Both the position numbers and the translations under genes were made by a program. A DNA stretch of 64,000 nucleotides. It comes from Octopus vulgaris (lineage: Eukaryota). Under the pieces are notes generated by a model. That model did no database searches and had not been told where the DNA came from. It worked only from the letters and a program-made list of their open reading frames with translations. Every line of letters begins with the position of its first letter. Positions within the stretch are counted from its first letter, which is position 1. Shown here one piece after another: positions 25,716 to 42,199 of this stretch. The stretch lies in assembly GCA_951406725.2 (NCBI GenBank), contig OX597823.1, positions 55,924,001 through 55,988,000 on the forward strand, given 5' to 3'.

Positions 25716-26371
25716 TGTGTGTGTTTTGGTGTGTGGATAAACAAATTAGATATAAAAGTTTGGCTATGAAATACGAAATATGCATATATGTATACATGCA
25801 AAACGTGAGAAAGCAAAAGGTAGAGACTTTCAAAAGAGGAATATTTAAGTGTAAATATACAGATATTTACATTGGTTTCAAATTTTGGCTCTAGGCCAGT
25901 GATTTTAGGGAAGGGGGCAAGTCGATTACATCGACCCCAGTGCTCAACTGGTGCTTATTTTATCGACCCCGAAAGGATGAATAGCAAAGTAGACCTCGGC
26001 GGAATTTGGACTCAGAACGTAAAGCCGGACGAAATAACGCTAAACATTTTACCCAGCGTATTAACTATTCTGGCAGCTCGCTGCCTTATATATAGATATC
26101 TATGTTAATAGATCCAACTTATACGGAGCACAAATGACTAAGAAATGTAAAGGGGTGGATGAAAGGTGTTATAAGTCCAACAGCTGCTTCCGGGTGCTCG
26201 GAGATTTATCATTATGTTGGTATAAGTAGTCCATCACAATGTTCGGCCGTAATGGAAGGAGTCACATTGGATAAATCGAGCCTCTGTCATCAGGGTATAA
26301 AAGATCTTACATATCAGGTCATAATACACAGAAGTTCAAAGGTGGAATATATATACAGTGTAGTAATACAG

Positions 26372-26399
<28 letters not shown>

Positions 26400-26408
<9 letters not shown>

Positions 26409-27053
26409 AATATTAGAGAGTGACCACTATGTGGTTCACTCTAGTGCTAAAAATAGCTCCGCTAATGGTATAGCCACTAAAAGTTGTTTCCAAGAAGAAA
26501 TACCACTACATTTAACGTAAGGTAAGTGAAACACAACGAAAAAATAGATTAACCCTGAACAATTGTTTCATTATTAATGTAATATGCAATTTTACTTACA
26601 CAACATCCATAAATCTTCAGCAGAGGTTTGTCTTAAATACAATTTATTAAGTCGCAGCGAGCGTCAAATACACGTGCGGTTTAATCGATTGTATTCGTAG
26701 TTATGATTCAAATTTCCCCGCCAAAAGAGCGATAAGACTTACTGGAAACGAGTACTGCATAAAATATTTACTGCAGTATAATTAAACTTATAAATGAGGG
26801 TGAAAAATTTGATAATCTATTTTTTCGTTGTGTTTCACTTACCTTACGTTAAATGTAGTGGTATTTCTTCTTGGAAACAACTTTTAGTGGCTATACCATT
26901 AGCGGAGCTATTTTTAGCACTAGAGTGAACCACATAGTGGTCACTCTCTAATATTTATGTATAAATTTGTATTTTTCCCTGGGTTTTTATGTGCTAAGCC
27001 ACTTGGTGTTAAATTGATGGTATTATTAAATTAATATCAAATTTTTCACCCTC

Positions 27054-27060
<7 letters not shown>
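26400..27060. repeat. Nested inverted repeats between two (TA)n tracts
   Basis: 26400-26551 mirrors 26812-26963. 26788-26813 mirrors 27034-27060. Confidence 0.88.
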
Positions 27061-27140
<80 letters not shown>

Positions 27141-27724
27141 TGTATGTATGTATGTTTGTGTGTCTGTGTTTGTCCCCCCCCCCCCCAACATCGCTTACAA
27201 CCGATGCTGGTGTGTTTACGTCCCCTTAACATAGCTGTTCGGCTATACTAGGCTTACATAGCTGTACTAGGCTTACAAAGAATAATGCTGGGGTCGATTT
27301 GCTCGGTTAAAGGCGGTGCTCCAGCATGGCCACAGTCAAAAATGACTGAAACAAGTAAAAGACTAAAAGAATAATTGCGAATAATTCTGCAAATTAATGA
27401 AATAAATACAGAAAATTGCTATACTCTTCATGTTGAGTCATATTTGTATTTAATCAGTTCTGTTATACACTTAAAGGGGAGAGAAAGAGAGCGGCACACA
27501 GACGACCAGCCAGACAGACAGACAGGAGTTGATGCATTCTATAATAAAGTGCTCCCTCACGAAGCACAGAGAAACAAGAGTCATATTCGGTCTCACAAAC
27601 AAGATCTTAACTTTGATGTGTTTACTGTTTAGAGCTCCGCCGCAACATTTCTATTGATCTTAAATACAGAACAGAATACTATTAAGTTCCTGCTACAAAG
27701 AAAGATAGAAAGATAGATAGATAT

Positions 27725-27797
<73 letters not shown>

Positions 27798-27811
27798 CAT
27801 ACATACATACA

Positions 27812-27866
<55 letters not shown>

Positions 27867-28498
27867 TACATACATACACCTATATATATATATATATATA
27901 TATATATGCATGAAGGCAGGTACAGATATATTTCTTCGATATCCCTTCCAGCTAATCCCCTTCTGAACAGAATAAAGGCTAAATGTATAGATGGTGAGCG
28001 TTTCCCAGTGCATCGCTAGCGCATCATTGTTTTTCAAAGGTTTCTGACATTTACAAACTTTACAGACCAAATATACCTTGCATTCGAAATGCTATTTGGA
28101 GTTTTAGAGTTATCATGAAAGGGATATCCAGTGCGATAGCGCAGCCATGATTTCACATAACATACGGTAGGCATCACAGCGAACACAATAACAAAGCCTC
28201 GGAGACTTGTTCATAGAATTGGAGAGAAGTACTATTTTTTATATATAGTTTAGAAATGGTGAATGAAAAGAGAGGTAACTTACAATTTTCTCATTCTCCC
28301 GCTCTAATTCTTTCCCTCTCTCCCCCTCTTTCTGAACAGGGATTTTTGTATGTATGTATGTATGTATGTATGTATGTATGTATGTATGTATGTATGTATG
28401 TATGTATGTATGTATGTATGTATGTATGTATGTATCTAGCTATCTATCTATCCAGCCATCCATTCATCTATCTATCCACCTATCTATCTATCTATCTC

Positions 28499-28557
<59 letters not shown>

Positions 28558-28604
28558 GTCTGTCTGTCTGTCTGTCTCTTTCTCTCTCTCTCTCTCTCTC
28601 TCTG

Positions 28605-28671
<67 letters not shown>

Positions 28672-30122
28672 ATCTGCCTTTGTGTGCATATTTATGTTTT
28701 GTTTGATGTATGTGTTCTTATGCATATAGTTGCATATCTAGACATGCTCATATATACTTAAATGATAAATTTCTGGCAAGTTTTACAGAATTTTACTGCT
28801 CCAGTGGTGGCCTAGATCTGTAGTCTTCCCATCAGCTTTCTCCTTTCTGATTTTGAGAAGCCTAATTTCCTAAAACTGGTACTTAGGCGGTGTGCTACAT
28901 ATCCCAGTGCCCCAATAATTACAGGTATAAACCTGAACTTGTGATACAGAGTGAGTAACTGTAGATTCCTCAATAGTTCAGCGTAGGTATTTTCTTTTTC
29001 GTTGATCTTTAGCTTTAGCAGATTTCTACAACTGTATACAGTTTCTCTTCTCTATCCCAAATCCCTATGCCAGGTCTATCATGTTTACATAATAGACCTG
29101 TATGTATATATGTACGTATATGTGTAGGCCTACCGAGCTACGAGCTTGGTAACGTAGACGCTCTTGTCTACCAGTGCGATGTCCAGCATGCTCTCTCATG
29201 CACCTTGTGAAGCAGAGTGTGTTGGTTGACATTGTAGGTCCCAACGTCTAAATGGCTGGGCTGCTGCCGCAGGAGAGCTGATATGTTATCAGTGTGGAAT
29301 GGCCTCTCAGTCCCTTGCATGCTTTAGTTACCTTCCGGTTTCCCGGTTTCTTTAGTGTGTAAATTCCCCTGCAGGATGAGACGCCGATCCGTCGCAGGAT
29401 TACTCATTTTGCCAGCTGAGTGAACTGGAGCAACATGAGATGAAATGTTTTGCTCAAAAACACAACGCATCACCTGGTTCAGGAATTGAAACCGCAAGTT
29501 ATAATCATGAGTCTAACACCCTAACCACCAAGCCACGCACCTTCATTTGCATGCTTTGGGAGCCCTATGAGACATCATCAGCAATGGAGATACCAGAAGA
29601 GAAATGTTGTCTTAGAGGAAAATATGTTTAGGAAGTTATCTTACTCGATCACAGATCGACTTCCATGTATGATCTGGGTCACTCTTAGTGCTACTGGTAA
29701 CATGTAAGCTGTTCTATAGTCGGGTTGTCGGCAACTAAAATGGCAACCCAGCTAAGCCCTGTTCGTAAGGAGGATGGTTTTCGTTGTATACTCTGCAGGA
29801 TGAAAAATAAAACATGTCAAAGAGCAGATGCACTCAGTAAAGTCAACAACAGCTGGCAATGAGAAATTCCTTGGATTTTCTTTACACCTCTCTCTAGAAA
29901 AAGAAAATTTCGAAATAACACCCGCTACATTGCGAAGCCGGAGATCTTGCTCTTGTTTGTTTCTGGATTATTTGGTTTTGTAGGTGAGAGTCTTAGCGGT
30001 AGTGTGCAAGCTGTTATTGACTTCGAGTGTCAGCATGAGCATCGCTAACAACTACTGCTTGTCACATCTAAGGTACGATATTTTGTTAGTGATGGTCATA
30101 TTCATCTACTGGTTGAAAGCGG

Positions 30123-30211
<89 letters not shown>

Positions 30212-30216
<5 letters not shown>

Positions 30217-30700
30217 TAATAAATGAAATAAAACATATGCATATATATAAACATATATGTACGTACCTACCTCTACATGTACATATACACGCATATATGA
30301 GTACAGGACACCAAAGGGACGTCGAACACAAAGAGAAACGAAAACATAGACACAAACCAAAGGAACAGGACATTTTTTTTAAACCAACAAAAAATGGAGT
30401 TCAGGACAATTAACACAACGAAAAAAATCCCTTCTTCAGTCGCTAAGGTTTCATCTACTCTACGTTTCGAAGGATAAAAGCGAGACGTATCTTCGACAAG
30501 AAACTTTCCTTCCTGCGAAAAGCAAATCAATTAAAATTCTGAGATCTTTTCGCAGAGGGGTAAAAAATGGTAAAAAAATGGTAAAAAAACAGGACAGTAA
30601 CGACAGTACAAAAATATAAACAGTAAAAAAACAGTAAAAAAAATATATAAACAGTAAAAAAATATATATAACAGTAAAAGACAGGACAGGGAAAACAAGA
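30212..30700 (-). mobile_element. (TA)n-flanked element, probable PLE 3' end of a second family (relatives at 39853-40290 and 44630-44960)
   Basis: All three abut (TA)n, share a gtcc(tg)tac(c/t)c-like 3' tail and a CTGA(A/T)GAA motif, and have a pyrimidine-rich sense strand. Confidence 0.45.
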
Positions 30701-32606
30701 TATATATATATATACTTACGCTTCGAGTTAAACATAAACCCTTTGGCTATTTTCCAACTAGCAAGGCATTAGAATCGGATGGTATTCTCCCAGAGGTCAT
30801 CAATAATGCGAAGGGCATTCTGTTGTGTCACATATAGAAACTGCTTTTCTAGTGCTGGAAAAAAGGACATGAAAGACTGCAATATTGTTACGCTGTACAT
30901 GAACATGGGCATCTGAAATGAAATCATAGACCGTAATACGCTGGAAGGTTATCTTCATTAAAACCTAAAGTAAAAACTGTCTATGAACTACCTTCTTCAC
31001 AAAACACAGAAATCATTTGCTGGTAACAAATGTAGGCTGTGCAAAGCCAAAACATCGTCTGTAACATTGAGAAAATATCAGCTAGCTACCTGTTTTTTTA
31101 CTACCCACAAGGGGCTAAACACAGAGGAGACGAACAAGGACAAACAAACTGATTAAGTCGATTATATCGACCCCAGTGCGTAACTGGTACTTATTTAATC
31201 GACCCAAAAAGGATGAAAGGCAAAGCCGACCTCGGCGGAACTTGAACTCAGAACGTAGCGGCAGACGAAATACCGCTAAGCATTTCGCCCGGCGTGCTAA
31301 CTTTTTTGCCAGCTCGCCGCCTTAATATCAGCTAGGTACCACCATTGCATAAGACATGATGTGGTAGACAAAGAAATCCGGAATAGAGAGAGAAAGAAAA
31401 ATGTTGTAGAAAAAAGGTAGACACGCTGAGACTAACGGATCGAAAGAATATTGATGGAACCTAAAGCTAAAAACAGCAATGAAATTTTAGCACAACCGAG
31501 CTAGATTGCGAGGAAACTGGTGGTGGTCTGCGTCAACAGAATTTAATGTTGGAAAGTCCATACATCAAAATTTAAAAAATAAATACATGAATAAAAAATC
31601 AAGAACTAACTAACTAAATAAATAATGGGGTTAATTTTCTGTGAGCTGCGAAAAATATGCTTCAAACAATTGTCTCTAAAAGGTAAATGACTTTTAAGCA
31701 ATCAAGTATTGAATTCTGGATTCTTTCTCTCTGAATAAAGTTCAAGTGCCCGAAAAGTTAGATTTTTCATTCTCATATAGGAAACGAACTCATTGTCAGT
31801 TATGTTTACTTTGCGACGGGATATAGAATAAGACAGTTGCCCATTTTACCTTAGTATGATAAGAAAATATCTATGCTCCAATAACAAAAGAAGTTTGCAA
31901 ATTCACTTCCAAAATACACATTCGATTATAGTTATTTTAATGTGTTTTTTCTCTATTTTTTCTTCTTGTGTGTGTGAGTGGCTGAATTCAGGTTCTCCAA
32001 GAAGATGATAGATCCCTGATTCGGTCATAAAAGATGAACTTGATATCTAGGACCATAAAAATCTGCTGAGATCTTAAATTTGAAAAGGTCAATGATTATG
32101 GAAAAGATGAATAAGAGTCCAAGAGATTTTTTTTTAATAAATTTTCTTCACAGGTTTGTAACAGCATAAGAGGTCAATCAAAATAATTCTAAATCAGATT
32201 TAACGATTACATAGGCACCGCATTGGCTCATCGTTGTAGCTGCTGCTTAGCACCAGCACAGTCCTGAACGAGATACTCTTAAATGGACAACATCTCAAAT
32301 GTGGTTTTCAGTTATAATACATCTAGGACACCGTCGTCTAATAAGCATTTTCATAATTTGGCTTTTTCAGGCAGTTGAGTGATGGATTTTGATAGATATA
32401 TATTTTGCCATTTATCTTTTACTTGTTTCACTCATTAGACTGAGGCCATGCTGGAGCAGTGCCTTGAAGAAATTTTCGCCGAATGAATCAACCCCCAAAA
32501 ATTACTTTTTAAACCCGATTCTTAGTCTATCGGTTTCGTTTGCTGATGACAAGGACGTAAACACATCAACGCTGATTATCAACCGGTGGAGGGTGGTGTA
32601 CAACCA

Positions 32607-32659
<53 letters not shown>

Positions 32660-33275
32660 ACGGCTTCTTTCAGTCTCCGTCGACCAAATCCACTTCCAAG
32701 ATGTCACGGAGTGAGACTGAACCCGGTACCATGTGGTTGGGAAGCAAGCTTTCTAACACACAGTTGGGCCTGTTCCTATAGACCACACAGCAACGCCTGC
32801 ACCTTGTTATTTCTAGCAGGCCGTTCCACCTCATTGAGGCATTGTGATTTCTTCGAGTAAAGTGTTTAAATACAGATAGCATGATAAAAGGATCAATGCA
32901 TTTAGAGAAGCTAGTTCAAAATCGATTAACACAATGCAGTCAAACGCAATAAATGGCATCGCCTTTGTTTCTCAAAGTAATTCGATTAGCTGAATTTATT
33001 GAAGTTTTATTCGAGCCGTTGGTTGTTTTTAGATGATAAATGCCTCTAGGGAGAGTTTTTGTCTACTAATTGCCTGGATAATCTCAGATATAACCGAGGT
33101 TTTTCAACTCAGTATATTACACATGTGATACTACCATATACGTCGAACATCATATGCACGACGTTCTACTGAGGTAATCTTCCCTCAGGAAAAAATTGCT
33201 GATATTCAGAATCAATACTGCTAAATTCTCCCTCTCTCTCTTTCCCCTCCTCTCTCTCTCTCTCTCCCTGATAAC

Positions 33276-33331
<56 letters not shown>

Positions 33332-33897
33332 CGCAATGGCCCAGTGGTTAGGGTAGCGGACTCGCGGTCGGAGGATCACGGCTTCGATTCCCAAACCGGG
33401 CGTTGTGTGTGTTTATTGAGCGAAAACACCTAAAGCTCCACAAGGCTCCAGCAGGGGGTGGTGGCGACCCCTGTTGTATTCTTTCGCCCCAACTTTCCCT
33501 CACTCTTTCTTCCTGTTTCTTGAGTATCACTGCGATGGACTGGCGTCCCGTCCAGCTGGGGGGAACGCATACGCCATAGAAACCGGACCCATATATTGGG
33601 GATATACATATATATATAATATTTTGGACTAATAGGTATACGCCGATTAGTGTGTTGAAGTGTTTAGTAGAGCAGTGGCACAGTTTGGGCTACCTGGTGT
33701 CATCCGCGGTTGGGATATATTTCCGTTGGATCTACTTCACGAATTCCACAGTGTTAGTTGAGATGATAATAATAATAACTTCTTAAGTAATGCCTTAAGT
33801 ATGTACCACCTATAAGGTACAATAGCAGGATGGATCGAAACGACCATTGTACAAAATAAAGAGTTAATACCAAACCCATCTTCTGGTTATTTAAGGA

Positions 33898-33964
<67 letters not shown>

Positions 33965-33969
<5 letters not shown>

Positions 33970-34310
33970 TAGTTTTATTTTTATAGCGTGCTTTCACTTC
34001 ACTACCGAGCGCAGCTCTGTGTGCCTTGGGTATGTGCTGTGATTTGTTGTGATGCTCTGATGGTTATTGTATGGAAAGTGTTCTGCGTAGGATGTGTGCA
34101 GTGCCTAGTAGTGCAATTTTCTGTATGTTATATGTGTTTGTAAGTCCTGGTGTTTTTGTTATGTATTTGTCTGAATATTATTTTATCATGCCTAATGCAC
34201 CTACTATGATAGGAATTGTTTCTGTTTTCAGGTTCCACATTCGAGTTACCTCTATTTCCAGGTCTTTGTATTTTGAGAGTTTCTCCATTTCTTTTAGAGA
34301 CACGTTGTCA
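33965..34310 (-). mobile_element. R4/Dong-like LINE 3' end inserted in (TAA)n
   Basis: Minus strand reads KEMEKLSKYKDLEIEVTRMWNLKTETIPIIVGALGMIK...IQKIALLGTAHILRRTL. (ATT)n on both sides. Confidence 0.85.
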
Positions 34311-34321
34311 TCATAATAATA

Positions 34322-34360
<39 letters not shown>

Positions 34361-34474
34361 TATTATTATTAGCGTGCTTTATTATTATTATTATTATTAT
34401 TATGTAGTTAGTGCAATTATGTTATATGTGTTTTAATTATTATTATGTTTGTAAGTCCGGTGTTTTTGTTATTA

Positions 34475-35160
<686 letters not shown>

Positions 35161-35161
35161 A

Positions 35162-35217
<56 letters not shown>

Positions 35218-35253
35218 GTTATTATTATTATTATCATCATCATTGTAATTATT

Positions 35254-35288
<35 letters not shown>

Positions 35289-35314
35289 GGAAATAAGAAT
35301 ATAAACGATATTCT

Positions 35315-35575
35315 CATGAACTTCATTTGCTGACGGCTGTCTCTGCTTATAAGTTACAGTGGACTCATAGTTGAGTGCTCGCGTAACACTTTATAACCTC
35401 GTCAGAGCTTCGAATTTGAGGCGCAGTTTATTTGGGAAAAGAATTACATTTTCCCCCAAATAAACGTCACTTCATTTTCGAGGTTCTCATGACGCTCTAA
35501 GGTGTTACTCAAGTACTCAACTATGAGCCCATTGCATCTTATAGCAGAAACAGGTGTAAGCTAAGGGAGTTCATC
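35315..35575. mobile_element. MITE-like element with ~75-bp imperfect inverted repeats
   Basis: tgaacttc...ctcatagttgagtgctcgcgtaacac versus gtgttactcaagtactcaactatgag...gagttca. Confidence 0.6.
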
Positions 35576-35586
35576 AAATAATCGTT

Positions 35587-36181
35587 TACCGTAAATCCTA
35601 GAGTATAATCCGCCCTTGAGTATAATAATAGGCAGTGGACTTTTAGGGGTCTGTACCTCTGAAAAACCTAAACCTTGTGTATGATACATATCCCTTCTCT
35701 AACTTGAGTCAAGGAGGTCTATTTAACGTCCTTGGTTTGTAAAAATGTATACGGTAACGTCCTTTATTATTATTGTATCTATAACATAATGCAAACGTGT
35801 AGCTTTTTTTGCATTTTGCTTGCAGAAAATAAAGAAATAACAGTAATAACAGTAATAGCGTTTAATAAATGTTGCTTACAGCAAGTTATAGATGATTCTT
35901 TTATGACTTCATTGCTTTCAGGCTTAGCTTAAAGTATTTTCGCGCCCGACATCACAAAATGCATCTGAATAAACATTGCCGGACAGCAAATAGAGACTTG
36001 GACATTGCTTAGAAAATAATTTTCATTTTTAACCTCGTATATAGTACGCACTAGGGATTTTGACCTTTAAATTTTGGGGAAAAATGCAGATTATACTCGA
36101 GAATTTACGGTAGTCAAAATTTATCTACAGACCTTTAAATTTTGGGAAAAAAATACGGATTATACTGGAGGATTTACGGTA
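35587..36181. mobile_element. Tc1/pogo-like MITE with duplicated right TIR
   Basis: ta-ccgtaaatcctagagtataatccgc at the left end. g(a/g)attatact(c/g)ga..atttacgg-ta at ~36087-36112 and ~36157-36181. TA flanks. Confidence 0.7.
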
Positions 36182-36445
36182 TTTTTTTATTCCCTTGTCA
36201 TCCTATTTCGTATTACTGCTGTGTATTCAACAAACTATTCGTTCTAAAGCATATGTATATTGAGTTCTACACTTGGTTATATATATACAGGCGTGAATGT
36301 GTGGTAAGAAGTTTGCTTCCCAACCGCATGGTCCAGGATTCAATCTGCGTGGCAACTTGGGCAAGTGTTTTCTACGATAGCCTCGGGCCGACCGAAGCCT
36401 TGTGAGTGGATTTAGACGGAAACTGAAAAATACCCGTCGCGTGTG

Positions 36446-36489
<44 letters not shown>

Positions 36490-37109
36490 CATGTCTTTGT
36501 GTCTGATTGTATGCCACCACCACCACTTGACAACCGGTGTTGGTGTGTTTACGTCCCCGTAACATGGCGGTTCGGCAATAGGATATGTTCCAGGATTTAA
36601 AAACTAAGTCTTGAAGTCGATTTGTTCGACTAAAAACCGGTGCTGCAGCATGGTCGCCGTCAAGTGACTGAAACAAGTAAAAGGTAACAGATAAAAGATA
36701 AATTTGTGTGTGTGTATGTGTGTGTATGTGTATGTGTGTGTGTGTGTATGCGTGTGTGTGTGTGCGTGCGTGTGTGTGTGTGTGTGTGTCTGTGTGTGTC
36801 TGTGTCTGTGCGGCGAGCTCGTAGAATTATTAGCACGCCGGGCAAAATGCTTATCGGCATTTCGTCCGCCTTTACATTCTGAGTTCAAATTCCGCTGAGG
36901 TCGACTTTTCTTCCATCCTTTCGGGGTCGATAAATTAAGTACCGGTTGAAAGCTGAGATCAAGGAGATCGACTAGTCCACTCCCCCCCCCCAATATTTCA
37001 GACCTTGTGCCTTTCCTAGAAAGGATTATTTAAAACAGTTTGAATCAACTCCTTTGATATGAAGTTTCGTAAGCTTCTTAAGGAAACCTGCTATGTTCAT
37101 GCTCATTTA

Positions 37110-38090
<981 letters not shown>

Positions 38091-38163
38091 TCAGTAAACA
38101 AGTGTCACCTTAGTTTGCTAGCTGTGGACAGCCGATACTTTCTATCATATCCCACAAAATAAG

Positions 38164-39522
38164 ATGAGAGTTTTCATCATGAGCGAAATAAGGAAGACTG
38201 GCAAGAAAATTCGTAAGCTGCTGACTTGCAATAAGATGCACCACCCAAAAGCAGACGCAGATCGTTTTTACCTACACAGAGCTCTTACAAAACCACCACA
38301 ATTGAACTGGCAAAATATCTTGAAACATCTAACGACTGTATGCTAAAGCTCGTTGAAAACCATGAAAGACATAAGAAGCTTCATTCTGTTATGAAAGAGA
38401 GCAAAAAATTTTCCAGTGAGTTTATGCAGGTTGAACAGCATGATGAAGTGTTTGCAACTGTAGTTGCAAGGAAGGTGAAGTCAATATCTAAGCAAGATGC
38501 GTTTGAACAATTGGGAACAAAAACCTCTGCTTGGCAAATATGTGGCCCGTAGCAAACAAGCTGATGTAGACCAGAAGCACACCCGTCAGTGGCTACGGAG
38601 CTCAGGACTAAAGGCAGAGTGTGAAGGCTTTATATTGGCTGCTCAAGATCCGAGCTTATTGACCCGGAACTATCAAGCCAATGACATGAAAATTGGTGTA
38701 GACCCAAAGTGCCGATACAACAACGAAGGGATTGAGACAGTGGACCACCAAATCTCTGAGAGTAAGGTTTTTAGCGCCTGTAGAGTACAAATCAAGACAT
38801 GACAGAGTTGGCCAATATCTACATTGGATAATCTGTCGGCATTATAATATCAAAAATGCTGACAAATACAAGCACCACCCTGAGGCTGTAACTGAAGGAG
38901 AAAATGTAACGATTTTTGGGACCTTCCCGTATGTACAGACCGTATCATCAAATAAACCAGATATTGTTGTGAAAGACCAACACAATAAAGTTTATTTATT
39001 GATTGACATGAGGATACCATGTGACCATAATATCTCGGCAAAAGAATTTGATAAGATCAGAAACTATAAAGATTTGCTGATCGAAATCGAAAAGATGTGG
39101 CATCTCAAGACGGTTACAAAACCAGTGACTGTAGGAACATTTGGAATAATCAAAAGAGGAACTGAAAATTATTTAAGAATGATCCCTGACTTACCATCCA
39201 TACAGGAAGTGCAAGTGATTGTTTTAACTGGTACATCACACGTACAGAAAAGAGAATTGTCGCTGTGAATTTTCATTCCTTTTTTCCCTTTTATTTACTC
39301 TGTTCACTTTTTTTATTTTTTTATTTTTTATTTTTTATTTTTTCATTTTTCTCTCTATCTTTCTTCTCCGTTTACTCTAAGATGTGACTTTGTAAATGAA
39401 CAATCTGGTGTGTTTATTTTAATGGCTTGCCAATGTATGCAGTGCTTTTCTCTGCCCTAAGTGACAGGAAGACACTCAGCGAGAAATGGAAACAGAATTG
39501 AAAGAAGCTGAAAATGAAAGTA
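38164..39522 (+). mobile_element. 5'-truncated R4/Dong-like LINE with 3' UTR ending in (TAA)n
   Basis: MHHPKAD..R.Y, QWLRSSGLKAECEGFILAAQD, KCR...ETVDH, LAPVEYKSRHDRVGQYLHW, KPDIVVKD...LIDM.IP, K..Y.DL.IEIEKMW. Frameshifted, stop at 39268, (TAA)n from 39523. Confidence 0.9.
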
Positions 39523-39523
39523 C

Positions 39524-39620
<97 letters not shown>

Positions 39621-39779
39621 AGTAGTAATAATAGTAATAGCTAGGATACTTAGGAGTGTTCTTGGCATCTAAGGTTACTTGTTGTAGCCCGATGTTAGGA
39701 TTTTTTTTCCAACATTCTAATCGGTTGTGTGTATTTGAAAATAATAATGATGATGATGATAACACACACATAATATATA

Positions 39780-39854
<75 letters not shown>

Positions 39855-40594
39855 AAAATCAAGGAATACCAAAAATGGGACAAGAACGCAAAACATCCAG
39901 ACACTTAGATGATACAAAAAAGGAACAACAAAACATCCAGACAGACGATACAAAGAAACAAGGACGAGTCATTCGGAGTTTTCTTTCTTCAGTCGAGTTC
40001 CAGATTATCCTTGTAATTTTGGCTGGTTATACTCGAGATTGATCCAATCTGGCCAGACCCAAGGTAAAACTGACCTAAGAGCACTAGATTCCTTGGAAGA
40101 AAGCAGCGAATGTATATGAAAACAAGGATGGTATCTTTCGTATATGAAAACAGGTATCTTTCGTCTAAGGACGAATTAAATTAAGCTGGCGTGTGTGGAA
40201 GTGAAGCCTTACGGCAGGGACATGAGGGATGACAAGCATAGGGAGGAATATAGATGTTGTACGGATGGTAGTCGAACGAAGAAAGAAGACTGAAACCGTG
40301 GCGGTTTACTTTTTCTCTACAGCACTACCCTAAACACAGCATGGTCAAATGGTTAACAAGTTCACTTGCAAATCGGGCGTCCGGGATCGGTGGATCCCCA
40401 AGGAAATTTCTTTTGGTAATAATTTAGGCCACATGTAGTGTTGCAAATGAAAGTGAAAAGATGGAAACTGCGTGGAAGCTCGTCGGTGTATTGTATCTGT
40501 AATTCAATAGTCAGACCTTGTCACATAGAATTTTACGCTCGGTATAAAATGTTTTCTAATACTCCGCCACTTGTGCCCTAAATCAATGAGCAAA

Positions 40595-41173
40595 TACAGT
40601 AATGGCTCGATATACGAGTTAAATTGTTTACAGAGATCGTTCGTAAAATGGAAATCCTAATGCAGAGCAATAAACTCCCGTAGTAGTAATGTTATAAATC
40701 ATAATTCATTCCCAGAAAAATATTTCACCTATAAAATTTATAATACTCGTAAATAAATGGCAATAAAACAAGAGTAGAATGTAAAGAATATTTTATGTAA
40801 AGTAAAAGGAATGTCACGATCATTTATAATTTAAAAAATCAATTATTAATATAATCGTATTCTGAATCCCTTTCACTTGCACTAGACTCGTGCACACCAT
40901 CAATTGTAGATGCGGTCGCGGATTCACAAGCACTCGTAAACGGACTTGTAAATTTCTTTTTAAGAATCAAGTCTAGAGCTGTTTGCTTAGAAGAAGCATT
41001 TTTTTTTTTTTTTTCGCTTTCAATAAATTTCTCGGCAACAAGCAGAAGTATTTATTATGGTAACAGAAACTTTTGTACTTCGTTCAAACTTGAGAGCTTG
41101 TGCTGGGAAAAATTATACTCGTAAACCTAGGGTCTCGCAAAGCGGGACCTCGTAAAATGTGGGTGTAACTGTA
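40595..41173. mobile_element. Tigger/pogo-like MITE
   Basis: ta-cagtaatggctcgatatacgag at the left, ctcgtaaaatgtgggtgtaactg-ta at the right. CAGT termini with TA flanks. Confidence 0.6.
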
Positions 41174-41888
41174 GTTCAATTGACTGAACAAGTAAATAAA
41201 CATCGTTGTAACGTTGGTTAGAGCTCAGTGGTTAGAGCGTCAGGCTCACAATCATGAAGCAGTGAGTTCGATTCTAGGATCGGGCTGTGTGTTGTGTTCT
41301 TGAGCAAGACAATTTATTTCACGTTGCTCCTGGTTCACTCAGCTGTAGAAATGAGTTGCGACATCCCTGATGCCAAGCTGTATTGGCGTTTGCTTTTCCC
41401 TTGGATAACATCTGTGGCGGGGAGAGAGGAGGGTGACAGCTGGTCTTCCATAAACAACCTTCCCCGGACTTATGTTTAGGAGGGGAACTTTCTAGGTGCA
41501 TCCTATGGTCATTCATGACTCGAAGAAGACTTTACCCTTTACTGCCACTGGCTTAATGAATATCAAATTTAGTAAATCTAAGTTTTACTTCATCAGTTTG
41601 TCATACGTTCAGTGAGCTTATAGAGAAAAAGCCGGGATTAGGTTGAAAACGTCAAGGTATACTCTACTCTACTCTTTTACTCTTTTACTTGTTTCAGTCA
41701 TTTGACTGTGGCCATGCTGGAGCACAGCCTTTAGTTGAACAAATCGACCCCAGGACCTATTCTTTGTAAGCCTAGTACTTAATCTATCGGTTTCTCTTTT
41801 GCCGAACCGCTAAGTTACGGGGACGTAAACACACTAGCATCGGTTGTCAAGCGATGTTGGAAGGACAAACACAGAAACACAAACATAT

Positions 41889-41923
<35 letters not shown>

Positions 41924-42120
41924 CATAAAGAGAAACCGATAGATTAAGTACTAGGCTTACAAAGAATAGGTCCCGGGGTTTCCGTCTACCAAATCCACTC
42001 GCAAGGCTTTGGTCGGCCCGAGGCTATAGTAGAAGACACTTGCCCAAGGTGCCACGCAGTGGGACTAAACCCGGAACCATGTGGTTCGTAAGCAAGCTAC
42101 TTACCACACAGCCACTGACA

Positions 42121-42199
<79 letters not shown>

